Positions 11,490-27,233 of a DNA stretch of 64,000 bases are shown here, one piece after another. A program made the translations under genes and the position numbers. Location of the stretch: the NCBI RefSeq assembly GCF_009914755.1, contig NC_060936.1; one strand, written 5' to 3'. The stretch is from the human T2T-CHM13v2.0 reference genome, Homo sapiens. Position 1 is the first letter of the stretch. The number at the start of each line of letters is the position of its first letter. The notes under the pieces were generated by a model. The model worked only from the letters and a program-made list of their open reading frames with translations, searched no databases and was not told the DNA's origin.

Positions 11490-12680
11490 CATGTGTCCAG
11501 TGCCATCTGAATGCCAAATTTCTATTTCTGGCCCAGACTTCTCTTCTGAGCTCTGGACCCAACTGCCTAAATGACTTCTCCACATGGATATTTTATAAAC
11601 ACCTGGATTCAACACATCCAAAATTGAACTCATTATCTTTCCCCCAGGCTGCTTCTTTTCCAGTCTTCCCACGCCTTAGTAAATAAAATCACTACCTACC
11701 AGTTGTTCAAACTAGACACCTACACGTGGTTCTTTTCCCTTCACCAAACCCAGTGAACGCTCTCCTGAGTAATCTTCAGTCGTATCTACACCTCCTTCTT
11801 ATCCTAGAAGACACTGTCATCATCTGCTGATGGACTCCCCACTAATGTCTCTGAATATGGTGTTATATCCCCCAACACTCTCCACAGAACATTTTACAAT
11901 GCAAATCTGATTACGTAGTGCCCCTGTTGCTAAAATCCTCCAGTAACTTTCCACTGGCCTTAAGAAAAAGGTCAAATTCTTAGTCAGGGCTACCAAGCTC
12001 TGCATCTCTGCATGATCTAGCTCCTCTTTGACCTTCAACCTCATCTGGAGGAACTCTCCCAACACTTCCTTCTACCATGAAGGCATTCTCTCACCTCCTC
12101 CACCTGCTAAATGCACTCTCTGTTAAGAGTGACACAGCAAAGTGGTTCAGGGAATGTGCCTCAAAGTGGAGCTGCCTTGGTGCCAAGCCAGGCTCTACCA
12201 CCTAATGCCCTGTGACCTTAGAGCCATTGTTTAATCAATTTCCTTATCTGCAAGATAGGGATAATAAAGGCACCTACCTCATAAGCCCCATGTTATAAAG
12301 ATTAAAACTGCTTCAAACAGGGCCCAGCACTTGGTAAGACATGCAGCATATGCTAGGTCCTCTCAAGTCCTCTCTTCTGCCTTGCCAGCTCCTACTAAGT
12401 CTTAGTTAAATGTCAGTTCATCAGCACAGCCTTCCTCAACCCTTTAGACTAGCCTAGCTTCTCCTGTTACACAGTCCCACACCATTTGTGTCACTGAATA
12501 AAATGATGATATAAATAATTACTTCCTTGTTTAATGCCAGTCTTTCCCATGGACTGTAAGCTTCATGACGGTGAAAACATATCTGTCTTATTCACTTTCG
12601 CATCCACAGCTGCTAGCACAGTGGCTGGCACATAGTAGGTGCTCAATAAGCACTTTTTAAATACATTATTAAATAAAACA
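11490..12680 (+). mobile_element. L2 fragments interrupted by a MIR (~12130-12350)
   Basis: cccagacttctcttctgagctctggaccc, ggactgtaagcttcatgacgg and catagtaggtgctcaataa; MIR core tgtgacctt...tttccttatctgcaagataggg. Confidence 0.7.
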
Positions 12681-14418
12681 TCACCTGAGACCATTTGCAA
12701 ATTCCCTTCAGGTTCACTTTTCCAAAAGCCGCCCCTTATGTACTACACCGAGTACACGATCAACTAAATGTGCTGTCCCACAGAGCTCGATAGTTGTTCC
12801 CCTCTATCCAGTTTCCTCCCTCATGGTGTTAGAGCTCCTGGTTTTAACAGGGTCCATAGCTGTCCAGAAGAAAAACTATACTCTCCACTATACTCTCCAG
12901 CCTTTCTTCCTGTTAGGAGCGGCCATTGCCTAAGTTCTGGGCTATGGAACACGAGATGTGCAAATTCCAGATCATGCCTTTGAGAGGAAGGAGTGTGCCC
13001 TCCCCTTCAATGATCTCCCTTCTCCTCAGTGTATTTTTTCCCAAAATATTTCTAGCTCAACTCCTTCTAAGTACTTAAACCTCATCTCTACTACAATCAG
13101 AAAGAAATCAAATCCTGGACTGGACTCAGGTTCCATTTGCCCCTGGGCTTGGTACCAACCAGAGGCCTTCCAGGTAAGCCACGGGAAGCAGGAATCTTCC
13201 TCCTTGGCATCCTCGCCCCTTAGGCTTCCCCAGCTCTTTAGGTTACCATACCCAGCTCTGTGTTCATTCGCAGTCTGGTCAATCCCTTTGAGAGTCTATT
13301 CATATTTTCTACAAGCGACACTTTTAGGACAAATGAGTGTGTCCATTAGCCTCACTCCTGCTCTCCTCTCCTTACCTTCTCCTCATCAGCTGTTCTGTAA
13401 GGACAGAGCATCTTAGGCCAGAAGGTCTTGGGGTCATAGATGAAACTGCAAGAGGAAACGGATAGGCGCTGGGAGATGGCCCAGGGATCCAGGACAGTGG
13501 TGGGAAATAGAAAAAATACAAAATGAAAGTGAAAATGGAGTGAGAGGGCAGGGCCTTGAACACGCTTTGGGTGAGTGAGCTGAGTTAGGTAGTTGGAGTT
13601 GAGGATTCAATAGGAGAGGAGAAATGCTAGCCAGGAGGCTCGTGAGTGAAGAAAAGTGTTAAGAAGTGACGAGAACTTAAAAGTGAGATTAGTGTAATTA
13701 CAAGTTATTCCTGCAGATGGGAAGACCCCTGTGAAAGCCCAAGAATGTAGAGACTTTGCTTCCAGAAAGCTGGGCCAATTGGTAAGAGGTGATTGCTGTG
13801 GAGAGAGGGGACAGGCCCTGGCTGCTGCAAGAGCAGCTCAGAGACACTAATGGTGTATTCAGATCTACAAAGAGAAAGAGGCCTGAGGCCTGACACTAAG
13901 GTCTCCCTCTTGTCAGTGATGCAGGGCAGAGATGACCAAGAACACTTAAGCCTCTTGTAAATAGTTTACCAAGCACTGAGAATTAGTTTGCATCCCCCAC
14001 CCCCACATTTCCAAAAGAATATTTGATTTAATAGATTGTTTCATATAAACAGGCTTGTTAATGTCAGTTGGGATGGGGAGACCTCAAAGAATGGAGGCAG
14101 TGGTTAAACAGGAGCTGGAAGTCTCTTGCCAAATGCTTTTCACATTTGCCTTCTGTAAACAAAGATGAAAACCCTCTGAGTAATGTAAACTTCATGTTCC
14201 AAAGTACTATGAGATCTTCAAAGGACGGCTTTATTTATCCAGGCCTATGGATAAGGAAATAGCACACAGTAGGGCCACATGAATCATTTGGAGACTGACT
14301 GGTACATGGGAGTTCTGACTTCTAGGGAAAATGCTAACCACAAGTAGAGAGAGAGAATCAAGAAGTTGGGAGTCATGTTCCTATCAATTCTGTTTAAAGA
14401 AAAAAAATAAACTGAGGC

Positions 14419-15135
<717 letters not shown>

Positions 15136-15794
15136 GAGGCCCAGAGAATAAAAATTGCAGGTCTCATATACGTAAGACACTTTAATTTACTGACCAGTTC
15201 CCCAAGACCTGCTCCTCTTTTTGAAATCCAAGCTCTCATTTGAAATATGGGGAATCCAGACAGTGCCTGTACATGCTCAAAAATGTGAAACTGCTCCCTT
15301 TCAGCCACTTGGGAACTTTAAAAATAATGTGCACGCAATCATCATACATTAGACAATACAGACTAGAATGTAGATTAACGAGTTTGGGTTCCTCCCCATG
15401 ATTTGTAATATTCCAAGGCCCTCCTTTGGATATTCCTTGAAATCAATTAGCCTAAAAATGTACTTCTGAAGCAAACAAAACTGCAGAAACAGACTTCTTG
15501 ACTGAACAGGCTTTTCAGAGGTCATGGTGTCCAAATCCTATCTCCAAGCACACGTATATCAGCCCAAGTTAATGATAAGGACCTACTAACGGCCCTTAGG
15601 TAGTTATTTCTTACATTTAACCAAAATGTTGTGCCGAGCTGCAGTGAGGCCCTGTGCTAGAAGCCAAAGAAACAAGGTCAAACAGAAGCTCTCAAAGATA
15701 GTTCATCTTGAAGGAAAGATAGGAGTATCAATTAATGCTTTAAAACATCTATAGTAAAATTTCTCCTAAAAGGAATATACAGGTTGCTACAGGG

Positions 15795-16262
15795 TAGTAA
15801 GCAGTTGAATTGTGCTCCACCCACTAAATGATAGGCCCGGGTTCTAACCCCAGGAACCTGTGAATACGACCTGACTTGGAAAAAAAAAAAAAGTCTTTGC
15901 AAATGTAACCAAGTTAAGGATCTCAAGATGAGATCATCATGGATTTAGGGTAGGCCCTGAGTCTACTTCCCAGTGTCCTTGTAAGTGACAGAGGGGAGAA
16001 GAGACAGATACAGGAGAGAGCCATGTAAAGATGGAAGCAGCGATTGGAGTGGTTTAGCCACAATTTAAGAAATGCCTGGAGCCACCAAGGGCTGGAAGAG
16101 GCAAAGATGGATTCTCTCCTAGAGACTTCAGAGGGAACGTGGGCCTGATGACACCTTGACCTTGGACTTCTGGCCTCCAGAACTATGAGAGAATGAACTT
16201 GTGTTGTTTTAAGCCCTCCCGTTTGCAGTCACTTGTTGCAGCAGCCATGGGAGATGAATACA
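15795..16262 (+). mobile_element. MaLR LTR (MLT1C-like)
   Basis: ggaacctgtgaatacgacc...gttaaggatctcaagatgagatcatc...ggacttctggcctccagaactatgagaga...gatgaataca. Confidence 0.8.
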
Positions 16263-16279
16263 AGAGCCAAGAGCTAAGC

Positions 16280-16915
16280 CTGCCCAGAGAGTGAGAGATG
16301 ACCTCCCAGAGCAGATGTCATTAGCCCTAAGTTTTCTAGGACAAGAAGGAGTGTGCTGGATAGAGAGAGGGAAAGCAGGTTCCAAGCAAAGAGGCTTTTG
16401 CATGTGCACAGCCACCAACGCATGACACACCAAGAGACGCTCAGAGAGCTGCCAGGAGCTGGGAAATGTTCGGCAGAAGAGGCTCATGTCAGGGAGTGGG
16501 AGGTGAAGTTGGAGAGGTGGGCCACATAGAGCCTTGTGGGTAAAGCCAAGAAATTTGAAAATAATCTCCTAAACTCTGGAGAGCATGAGAGGATTTTAAT
16601 CAAGGGAGTCACATAATCAGATCTGCATTCTGGATGGATACCTCTGACACAGTGTGGAGAATGGACTGGAAGGGGGCCTGACAAAGGAGGAGAGACCAGT
16701 TAGAGGGTCACTGAAGTAGGCCAGGCAAGTGGTGATGAGGCCCTGAACTCAGGGGATGAGCAGGAAGGGGTAAATACCAGAGATGGTGAGTGGTTCAACC
16801 CTGCCATGGTGCTCGTCGGGTGTGGCAAGTAAGAGGAAAGGAGCAATTCAAAACAGCTCCAAAGTTTCTGGTGTAGACAACTGGGTTGTTCAAAAGTGGT
16901 GTCATTTAACAAGAA
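16280..16915 (-). mobile_element. L2 fragment
   Basis: ggattttaatcaagggagtcacataatcagatctgcattc and ccaaagtttctggtgtagacaactggg. Confidence 0.65.
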
Positions 16916-18204
16916 TGAACCACATGCATTTATTCTTGTTTTACTTCTTTAACATTATTTTTACTCCACGTATATAGATATGAGATAAACTTTAGTGTTT
17001 AAAGTTCTCTGTGGGTCTCGAAGTTCTTTAAACATTCCCTTCCAGAAAGCAGAGGGCTAAGTGATGGTTCCTGTTTGGAGGAACTTTGGCAGGTGGCTAA
17101 GGGCAATGCTAAATCCCCCCTACCCTGGGTGCCAACATTGTCATCGGCATTGTGACAACACAGGAATTAAATAGCCAAGAGGGGTCAGTGTAAAAACAGA
17201 AAGTTTATAGACCTTCCTGGAAGAAAGCTGGACGATGACACACGGTGGGCTCTGGGGAACTGGGAACTCCTGGCTTGTTTATAGAACTGTTGTTACCAAG
17301 ACTCACACTGGCAGTCCAACCACCTTCCAGATTTCAAGTTGCCAGACCTTTCTGCTGAATCCAAAACAAGGGAAACTCAGTTAATCTTGAATCCTCTGTC
17401 TACCCAATAGGCTGAAAGGACTGAGGGGAACGAGTGTTCCCATCTCCACCCTTCCCCTCAGGACTCAGCTGGCCCAAAGATGCTAACCTCATTTTTCTGG
17501 TGATCCACCTCAGGCCCTCCCTCTATCTGCCAGGTCTCCACTTCTGCCAGAGAAAGGAGACAGAAGGAGAGATGTTAAAACTGGAAGAAACAAAATCCAG
17601 TATCGGGATCTGGCCCAAAGCCTGTGACTCTGAGTAACTTCCCCGCTTCTCCTCGGCCTGCCTATATTCTCTTACACTGCCAATTGTCTAAAGTTCTGGC
17701 CCATTCTTTTCACTTTCCTACAAGTAGATTATCTGCCACTCTACCGGATCACTCCAGAGTTAACTTTGTCTGGCAAAGGCTTGAAGGACACAGAATCATT
17801 TTAGCCAAATTCACATTAGACCTCAATCTCTGCTTATGTGTCCGAGTCTCTGAGTCTAAAGGAAGGTCAAGGAGGAAACTCAGATGGAATGCGTTCCCCT
17901 TCCTATCCTCCAAACATGGATTAAATTAGAACAGAGAAAGCAGGGAGACTGGCCCCAGCATCTCTAGCTGGAACTAAGGCCGTGGCAGGTTATACACCAC
18001 GCACAAGAAACACCAGCCAAGCACCACGACTGACAAGCTGGGTGCCACTGCCACCTTTGTTTCCTGCCTGTGTCTCCAGAGAGCTAGAAATAGCATGGAA
18101 CACTCCAGTTATGGGATAAAGGCTAAAAAATATGCACAACTGGGTTTCAATATGGTGCTCGCTGTGGTCCATAGTTATTGCTATTGTTGTAATAGTAGTT
18201 ATTG

Positions 18205-18288
18205 CTGCTCCTTCTGCTCCTCTTTCTCCTCCTATTCTTTCTCTTTATTCTTCTCCTCCTCCTTCTTCTTCCTCCTCTTCTTCCCTTT
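18205..18288. repeat. CT-rich (CCT/CTT) low-complexity tract
   Basis: ctccttctgctcctctttctcctcc...ttcttcttcctcctcttcttcccctttt. Confidence 0.8.
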
Positions 18289-21200
18289 TAATAAGATCTA
18301 CTTATTTTAGACACGATTAAGAATTTACATTTTCAGAATTTCAAAGGTGCCCAGTTTGGATTCACAACGTGCGATAGTTAAGAATGTGCAGAGCCACCGT
18401 CCTAAACTATATACAACCGGGAAAGCAGGTAAGGAAAAGCATAAAACACATTCCAAATTCAAAGAGCCCTATCAGATTTGTTTGGGGGTTTATGCTGCAT
18501 TTTCATGATTCAACAAAAGGGTGTGAAGGCATACCCTAGGTTCTGTGGGGAGATAAAGTGACTATCGATGGGAGTTCACTGTCAAATGAAGAATGGTACT
18601 AAAGTAAAGAACATCATATTAAAGCATGTATTAAGTGCTCTTCTGTGGATTAATAATATTTTCCATAGGTCAACACTGTTTGTGTGTACATGTTGTAAAG
18701 TTGAAAAAAAAAATCGGCATCCAAACAATAAGAAAAATGTTCCCTTTCTCGGAAGTCAGACTGACCCTACTTGTCCTCTAAATTGTTTCCAGAAGTTAAA
18801 GTTACTGAAGGGAGTTTCATACATTTTTCGGTCAATCATTTACCAACCGGGACACATTTCTTCTTGGAGCTAAAGCCATAAAGCCACAGCTCACCCTTTG
18901 TCCCATTGACTCCCCTGCCAAAACCTGGCCTTAGTCCAACTGATAAAATACCTTCATTGAAGAGCTCTTGATCCATCCATTGCCCCAGAATTCTCTTTCT
19001 TCATTAGTGATGGGTTCAGAAGATGTGGACAGTTCCAGGATTTGATACAAGTAACCCACCCATTCCCAGGATGAGATAAATTTCTCCCTAGCCAGAATTG
19101 GACCCCAACATCTAAGATGATGACCCATCTATGCTCCAGGACATCTGTTCTCTCAGTGACACATGCAAGAAGAGCAACAGCCTCCTGCTGTCCAGGAAAG
19201 GCAACTGTCAATGGGAGAGCTCTTGGACATGGATTAAGTGACCTGACTTCACTCGTGATTAAGCGGTGACAAAAAGGCAATTCTACGAAAGCTGCCCCTC
19301 TATGCTGGTGATGTGTTGAGGGTCATATCTGTGTAATTCCTGCAGACAGCACAAAAGCATGGGCAAAGAGGAACCCAGAAACCGAATAAAGATCTTGAGC
19401 TTCTGGTAATCTATCCACCTGATATAATGCTCCTGAAATAGCCCAGAATTCAGGAGAAAAACATAAGCACAAGTATGTTCGTGACATGTTTAACCATTGG
19501 GTAAGGACTAATAAATCCACATGATAAAATATTGGGCAACTATTGAAATAATATTAATAAACCATATTTAATAAGATTGACAACTTCCTATGTTCTGAGA
19601 CTAATTTTTAAAATCATGATACAAAGTTAAGTATTCAACAATATTACAATTTACATTAAAAAAGGGTTATAGTGGTCTGCCTAGGAGATGAAATAATAGC
19701 TGATTTACTTTTCTTCTTTATTCTTTACTTCCCTTCTTAGGTTTTCCACACTTAGCACATATTATTTTTATACTCCAAAAAATAAAAGCTATTTAATTTG
19801 ACTAAGCCATGGTCTAGGGGGCAGGTGATAAACTCCTTGAAGGAGGATGTGCTGAGCCAAAAGGTGGCCAGATCCCAGAGTTATTGTGTTAATCATTGAC
19901 CCCTTCCTCACACTCAAGCACTGGAGGTGGGAGGCTGCAGTGTGGCCCCTGGCTCTTTCCATCCTGCAGTCCAGTCTCTCTGGTTGTCAGCACGCTGTTT
20001 CATGACTCACTACAGGCTGCTGGGTTGGTCACTTCCCTTAAAATAACCCAGCTGGCAAAGAGCACACAGTGGTGCTAGGAGGATTAATTCATTCATGTTT
20101 ATAGACAAGCATGCTGAGATTCTTGGATGGGAGTCTTTCCATGCTAAGAAGTGCAAGTATTCAGCTGAGTACATTTCCAGGGCAAATTTCCTGCCACAAA
20201 TTCTCTAAACTCAGTGCAGATGCCCAAATTCAGGAGAAAATTTATGTAAGCTGGCCGATAGACCATGCACCATTATAATAAAAATGAATTGGATGTCAAA
20301 TGTCTACAGGCAACTGAACACTACCATGTCTAGCCTTCCTGGAGAATCACGAAGCTGTATCCAACAGGCCCAGAGGTGGACAAACTCTGGGCCATTGATG
20401 GGCAGAAGAATTTCTTGGCCCTGGTTGGGCAGTAACTCTTCCAAGCTTATGTAAAATATCTCCCACCACAGTTGCATAAATGGCCCAAAGGTGCTGTGGA
20501 AATCAATACAGGCCCACGGCCCTAGACCAAGCATAAATGAAACCATGATGCAGAAAAGCATGAATGTGGCATCAGAATGCTGGAAAAACCTGAGAAGTAT
20601 TTTTTAGGAAAAGCACCAGCATCAGCTCCCAGATGTGGAATTGACTTTGGACAATCTGTGGATAAAGAATGACTGGTAAAGCAAACCATCCCACCGCAAA
20701 GGCCAGCATTCAGCTCAGGCTGTGCTGCAGCCAGCTTCTGACAGGGAGAAACAACAGGCATGAAGAGTATGTGGGAACTGTGCAGAAGCCCAGCACAGAG
20801 CAAGCCCTTGGATTGCTCTTCCTTCCCACACCTCCTACCAGTTGGAGGACAAGCTGGGGACAAGCTGGTGCGCATTTGTCAGAGAAAATGGAATGCCCAA
20901 ATTGACCCAGAGGGTATGGAATTGCATAGCAGAGGTTCTCTTCTAATCGTACCTCAGGGATTTCCCCTGAAAGCCAAGGTAACAGAAATAAGGAAGACCC
21001 CAAGGGAGTTGGTTTTGGACATCTTGTCTCAGAGGTTTGTTCTAAAGAGATTAGAGATGTAGAAGCCTAGTTAAATTACAGATCACCTCCCTCCCTGCAA
21101 CACCCTGATCCAGTTCCCCAAACTTGAAGGCTCTGTAAGATACGTAAGTAACTTAACATCCTGAGCTTACCCTTCCCATGAAAGCACCCAATCCTCTTGC

Positions 21201-22236
21201 CTCCAGAGTTAGCACCTCCACTGACCCTATTTTCAGTGTGTATTTCACCTTGTACTCCAGATCTGGCCTGGATGGAATGACAGCGCATCATTCTCACTGT
21301 AGGCAGGAGCCTAGGAATATTAAATACATCCATTGATCTGATCTTGGATGTTCAAAAAAACAAAAGTGGAAATACAGATCCTGTGTTCTTGGGGAATATT
21401 ACGGATTAAGTTGGCTCCCAAATGGAGCCAACTCTAAAGAAGTAACCCAGGGAACTGTTGACTTACATCAGCTTTCCTCTGGACTTTGTTCCCAATTATT
21501 CATGACAATCTCACTTGGGCTGCCCCATCTGAAAGAAGAGCGGACCACATGGGCAGGCTTCTTTCTTTCCAGTAAGGTTTGGAGAATCAGTAAGGAAACC
21601 ACTAAACACATGGAAGTCCGGGATGGGGGAGCTGAATGTTAGCACAGATTCAGATTGCTATTTCTTGTCATCTTGGCATTTGGGTTTATGGAATAAATAA
21701 AAAGCCAACATGTCTAAATGGCAATAGCTCGAGAGGGAAAGAACACAAATGTGCTCCACGTTCTGAAACATATTCTTCAGAATGTAAGGACATGTCCCTC
21801 ACTGAAACAGAGCAAAAACATCAAACGTTAGCAAGCCTAAGTAAGGGGGAAACTGCCAAAGGGCATCTTTTAGATGTGGTGCCTCCTCAAAGACCCCACA
21901 TGATCAAGGCAGGAAGTTTATGGTCCTTCTGCTGCTGAACAGAAGTGCCCAAGGCACAGGAACAGCCCCTGGGATACTTCAGAACAGGGGTGAACAAGGG
22001 TTTGGAGCATGTTCCCCATTCTATCATCTGTCACTTCCCAAAAACGTAGTTCACCCAACGTCCATAGAAATTCCTGGAGTCTGCTTTGGAGATGACAAAG
22101 CCAACAGTCGAGTAGTAGAAAGAACAAAGGAGGTGGGGGGAGGAAAGCACATGTTTATGCGAGGTAAAGGATTAAAATTAGTGCCAATCATTTTCCTGTT
22201 TACCCCCACATCTGCCATTTCCTGGTCTAATACATA

Positions 22237-22695
22237 ATGTAAGCAGAGTGGATCTCCGAAGGGACACTTCTCAGAATCCCTTGCCAACTGGCTTCCGGCT
22301 AGATTCAGTCAATGGAAGGTACTGGTGCCAGATTGGCAGGTAGATAGATGGAAGGGGAACCCAGAGCTTCCCTCTCCTCTCTCTATGTGCTTCATGCAGT
22401 GGCTGTAACTCTTCATACTTCCATTACTTGCTGGACTGCCCTTCCCTTGGCGGCCCCAATTTCCACCGTGCAGTTTCCTGCATGGTTCCAGTTCCCACTA
22501 GAGGACCTGGCGCTGGGCCACCTCCTACTGATGGGAGGTACCGCAGCTTCCTGCTGATGCTGTCTCTGGGTTGCTTGCCCATCCTTATTTAGCTTGTCAG
22601 CCCTTCTGACACCTTCCTAGCTAGCTCCGTGTATTAAATTCCCTCCACTGAACTCCAGGATTGCTGATTGTCTGACTAGATCTTAACTCATGCAC
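22237..22695 (+). mobile_element. ERVL LTR33-like LTR
   Basis: cccttgccaactggcttccggctagattcagtcaatggaaggtactgg...attaaattccctc; recalled similarity only. Confidence 0.55.
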
Positions 22696-22719
22696 TTTAG
22701 GACTTAGGAGACCCTGATA

Positions 22720-23595
22720 CCGTTAGTGTCTGCTCCAAATTCCCTAAAAGCTTACCAGGATAATTTTGAGTCCAACTGCCAACTGCCAGCGCCTTCACTT
22801 CTTTGCCTAAAGGTTTCTTTTTGGTGGCCTGAGCCTTCTCTTCCCATGTGCACGTTCAAGGCAGACTAGAAGTGCAGGAGAATTAAGACACACACACTCA
22901 CACACTCACACACTCACAGTTGGAGCTGCCCATAACAGTGACTGACAGGACCTCACATAAACTCAGCTCTCTCACTGTTCTGGTTTGAATATATGAGTCC
23001 CTGAAGAATTCATATGTTGGAACTTAAACCCCAAGGTGATGGTGTTAAGAGACAGGGTCTTTAAGAAGTGCTTAAGTCCTGAGGAGCTCTGCCCTCATGA
23101 ATGGATTCATGATCTGAAAAAAGAAGGAAGCACTCTAGTGTCCTTTTGCTGTTTGGTCTTCTGCCATGTGAGAATGCAGCAACAAGGCACCATCTTGGAA
23201 GCAGACAACAGCCCTTATCAAATATTGAATCTGCCAGTGTCTTGATCTTAGCCTTCCCAGCCTCCAGAACTGTGAGAAATAAGTTTCTGTTGTCTAGAAA
23301 TTACCCAGTCTAAGGTATTTCACTGTAGCAGCAGAAACCAACTGAGACACTCACCCCTCATGCAATACCACTCTAAAGTGCACGTTCTGAATCAGCTCCC
23401 AGAATTCCCAGGAGAACTAAGCTCCGGTTGAGTTGTCCACGGTGGTAACCTGATTGACCAAGCACCCCTTCTGGGCTGCCTTCCCTTGTCTCTCTCACTT
23501 GCTCACTCCACTACTGGAGAGTCTACCTCCCCCAGAATTTTGCAGTTGAATCACTGGCTCAGGGTCTGCATCTGGGAGAATCCAAAGTAAGGACA
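22720..23595 (+). mobile_element. ERVL LTR16-like LTR interrupted by an MST LTR
   Basis: cagactagaagtgcaggagaattaag...ggctcagggtctgcatctgggagaatccaaag. Confidence 0.55.
22976..23349 (+). mobile_element. MaLR solo LTR (MSTC/MSTD-like)
   Basis: TGttctggtttgaat...actgagaCA with perfect TSD ctcac (22971-22975 / 23350-23354). Confidence 0.85.
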
Positions 23596-25069
23596 TTTTT
23601 TTTTTCAAGCTAGTTCTTTATTCTTTATGAAAGTTAAAGTAATGCTTGGAAATAATGTGGGGTCCATTCAGTGACAGGACTGCAATGATTTGGACAGTAA
23701 GCCCCTTCTCACCAGCTAGAGCATGGCTGAGCAGGCTGTGGTGGTGGATGGAGAAGGAGGTTTTTGCAACCTCTAGCTGGGCAATGATTGTCAGAAGCGC
23801 ATAGTCTCAAAGCCTCTGTGTCTCCATCCACAAAAGGGCAATCCCGTCAGTTTTCTTTGAAAGCTCCTTTTGACCATCATATCAAAAGAATCGCAGGGAG
23901 CCAGAACACATTTTGACCCTGGAGGAATTTTTTAAACCAGCACTTTTGAGTTTCTGGCACATTAAGGGAGAAAGAGCAAGGGAACCTGGAGGGCATGTGT
24001 GTGTTTCCAGTGAATTCTAAGGAAGTGAAATAACGACCTTGGCCCAGACAGCAAAAGACAAATTTAATTTACGTGCTTCTGGCCATATATGGAAAAATCA
24101 TTTAAACCAAAAAAAGAAAAGTCCAAACTACAAGTCAATTGTGCCTAACATCTCACATCCCAATGGTATGTGCTGGCCTCTCCTAGCAACTACGCTATTC
24201 CAACATTCCCAATCATTGCACATATTTGGGTCTTGTGTTTTCCCAGAAGCCATGAGGGTCTGGTCTGAAATACCATCCTGAATCTGCCCAGCCTTAGCTC
24301 CGAGGCTGGATCCACAGCTTCTCCTCCCCCACTGCTCTCTCATTTCACAGGCTGCCCTGTCTCTCTCTATAGCTTTGCTTCCATAACCCAGGCCTCAGGG
24401 CTCTCCTTATTTGTAACTTCCTAATTTAGACCCTGGCCAGTAGAAATGTATACAGTGAGCAGAGGAGAAGGTCTTATTTTAGCCAGAACTCCTGATGCTA
24501 AGAATCAACTCTCAGTTGAAGTGGACCAGGGCCCCCCATCTGATGGCCTGGGCCACCCGAGGAGTCTACTTGGGATGCGTAATTCACAGGCTCCGTGCAG
24601 GGAGATGTTTATGGACGCATTCTACACATCTCTGGCATCCTTCTCCATGAAGCCCGAACCACGCTGGAGATTGTAAGTAAAGCAACGTCTCCTGGATTAG
24701 AAGTTGTAGGGTTTATTTTTAAATACCAAGGATTTACAAGGGTGCCCATGATGAGAAACCCTCAGTGCCCTCCTACCATGCACACTCACATACACACGTG
24801 TGCACAAACATGCAGAGACGGCAATAAGAGAGAGAGAATATACACACTGGGGCAGATGCACTGTAAGGCCCAAGAGAGAAGTCCGTGGGAGGCCCAAAGA
24901 GCAAGTGTGGAGGAAGCCAGCCCACCTGGCACTTTCCTAGCCCACAGTTTCCACAGGCTGTTGCCATCCCCAAATAAATTCCTGCAACTTTAAAACTCAC
25001 TATTTATCTTTTTAAGCTTTCTGCTCTTGGCTGTCTGCTTTACTCTTAAATCTCTGTTGAACATAAAAG

Positions 25070-25399
25070 TTTTTTTGGTTTTTGGTTTTGGGTTTTTTTT
25101 TTTTTGTTTTTTTTTAAGAGGCAGAGACTCGCTTTGTCACCCAGGTTTCAGTGCAGTGGCACAATCACAGCTAACTGCTGCCTCTAACTCCTGGGCTCAA
25201 GCCATCCTCTTGCCTCAGGCTCCCGAGTAGCTGGAACTACAGGCCCATGCCACCATGCATAGCTATATTTTTTAATTATTTTGTAGAGACACGGTCTTAC
25301 TACGTTGCCCACGCTGGTCTCAAACTCCTGAGCTCAAGCAGTCTGCCCGCCTCAGCCTCCCAAAGTGCTGGGATTACAGGCGTGAGCCACTGCGCCCAA
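25070..25399 (-). mobile_element. AluJ-type element
   Basis: T-rich tail, cacagctaactgctgcctctaactcctgggctcaagc...gtgagccactgcgccc. Confidence 0.9.
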
Positions 25400-25417
25400 C
25401 TTAGGAAGTTCGTTATG

Positions 25418-26283
<866 letters not shown>

Positions 26284-27201
26284 ATCTGATGAAATCATTT
26301 GTCCATGACTTTCGTATGTGTGTGTGTGTGCACACGTAAATAAACCCACAACCAGAGCCCAGAACAAATATGAATTTATACGTGAATAAAAATGCATGAG
26401 AAAAGACCTGGAAGGGCACAAACCAAACTGCTAGCTCCGGCTGCTTTTAAGGAGACAACATTGGGAGGAAAAGAGGTAGGTCCAGGGAGGCGTTTGTCAG
26501 AATTTTTCTGAAGATGCTTTCATGTATAACTTGTGTAATTATAAACAACAACAACGACAACAACAAACAACCTTGCCATGTAAGAGAGTGCTAAATTCTG
26601 TTTAGAAAGGGTCAGTCCCAAACTCCAACACACTGTGGGTACACTGTGGATGAGCGCTTCTGGCTCACTCACTGAAATTCCTTACGGCATTTTTTTCAAG
26701 AGCCTTTCTTCCTTTCTCATTTCCCAAGGCAGCAATTCTCCGGAGGTGGTAGTCAATCAGAATCACCAGTAGCCATTCCCTAACTGCCTCTGCTACCACC
26801 TCCCCAGAGTCCAGCTGCTCACAGTCCACTCACATTGCGGTGTGATGTGGTGGCCGTGAAGGCTGGCTCTCCCTTTGGTGGTTTGGAGCTGCTGCTTGGA
26901 GGCTGCTAGGCAAGGACTGTATTTCCCTGCCTTCTGCTCATCCAGGTGGAGCCTTGTGGCTGGTTTCCGCCAATGAGGGGAAGGGAGGCAGGATCCAGTT
27001 CTAAATTGAAGTCCTAAAGTACCCCTAAGGAGATCCACATCCTAGACTGCCCACATCTCTACCCATACATTTCCTTGCTACATCCATTTCTCTTCTCCTA
27101 CTCACCCATTTCTCTTGGCTGGGGTGCCCCAGGGAGTGACTGGGGATGTGACTGGGACCAGAGGTGAAAAAGGAGGCCACTCCATGAGAAATTACAGAGA
27201 A

Positions 27202-27233
27202 GGGGCAGGGCGGGTGGGGGGCGGGGGCGCGGG
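27202..27233 (+). promoter_or_regulatory. G-quadruplex-forming tract with overlapping Sp/KLF GC box and EGR1-type site
   Basis: GGGGcaGGGcGGGtGGGGGGcGGGGGcgcGGG: six G-runs; contains GGGGCGGGG and GCGGGGGCG. Confidence 0.5.

Noticed and set aside
12958-13416. 152-aa ORF (and the 146-aa ORF 44278-44718)
   Set aside because: Non-ATG starts, low-complexity Ser/Pro/Leu composition, no recognisable domain or exon structure.
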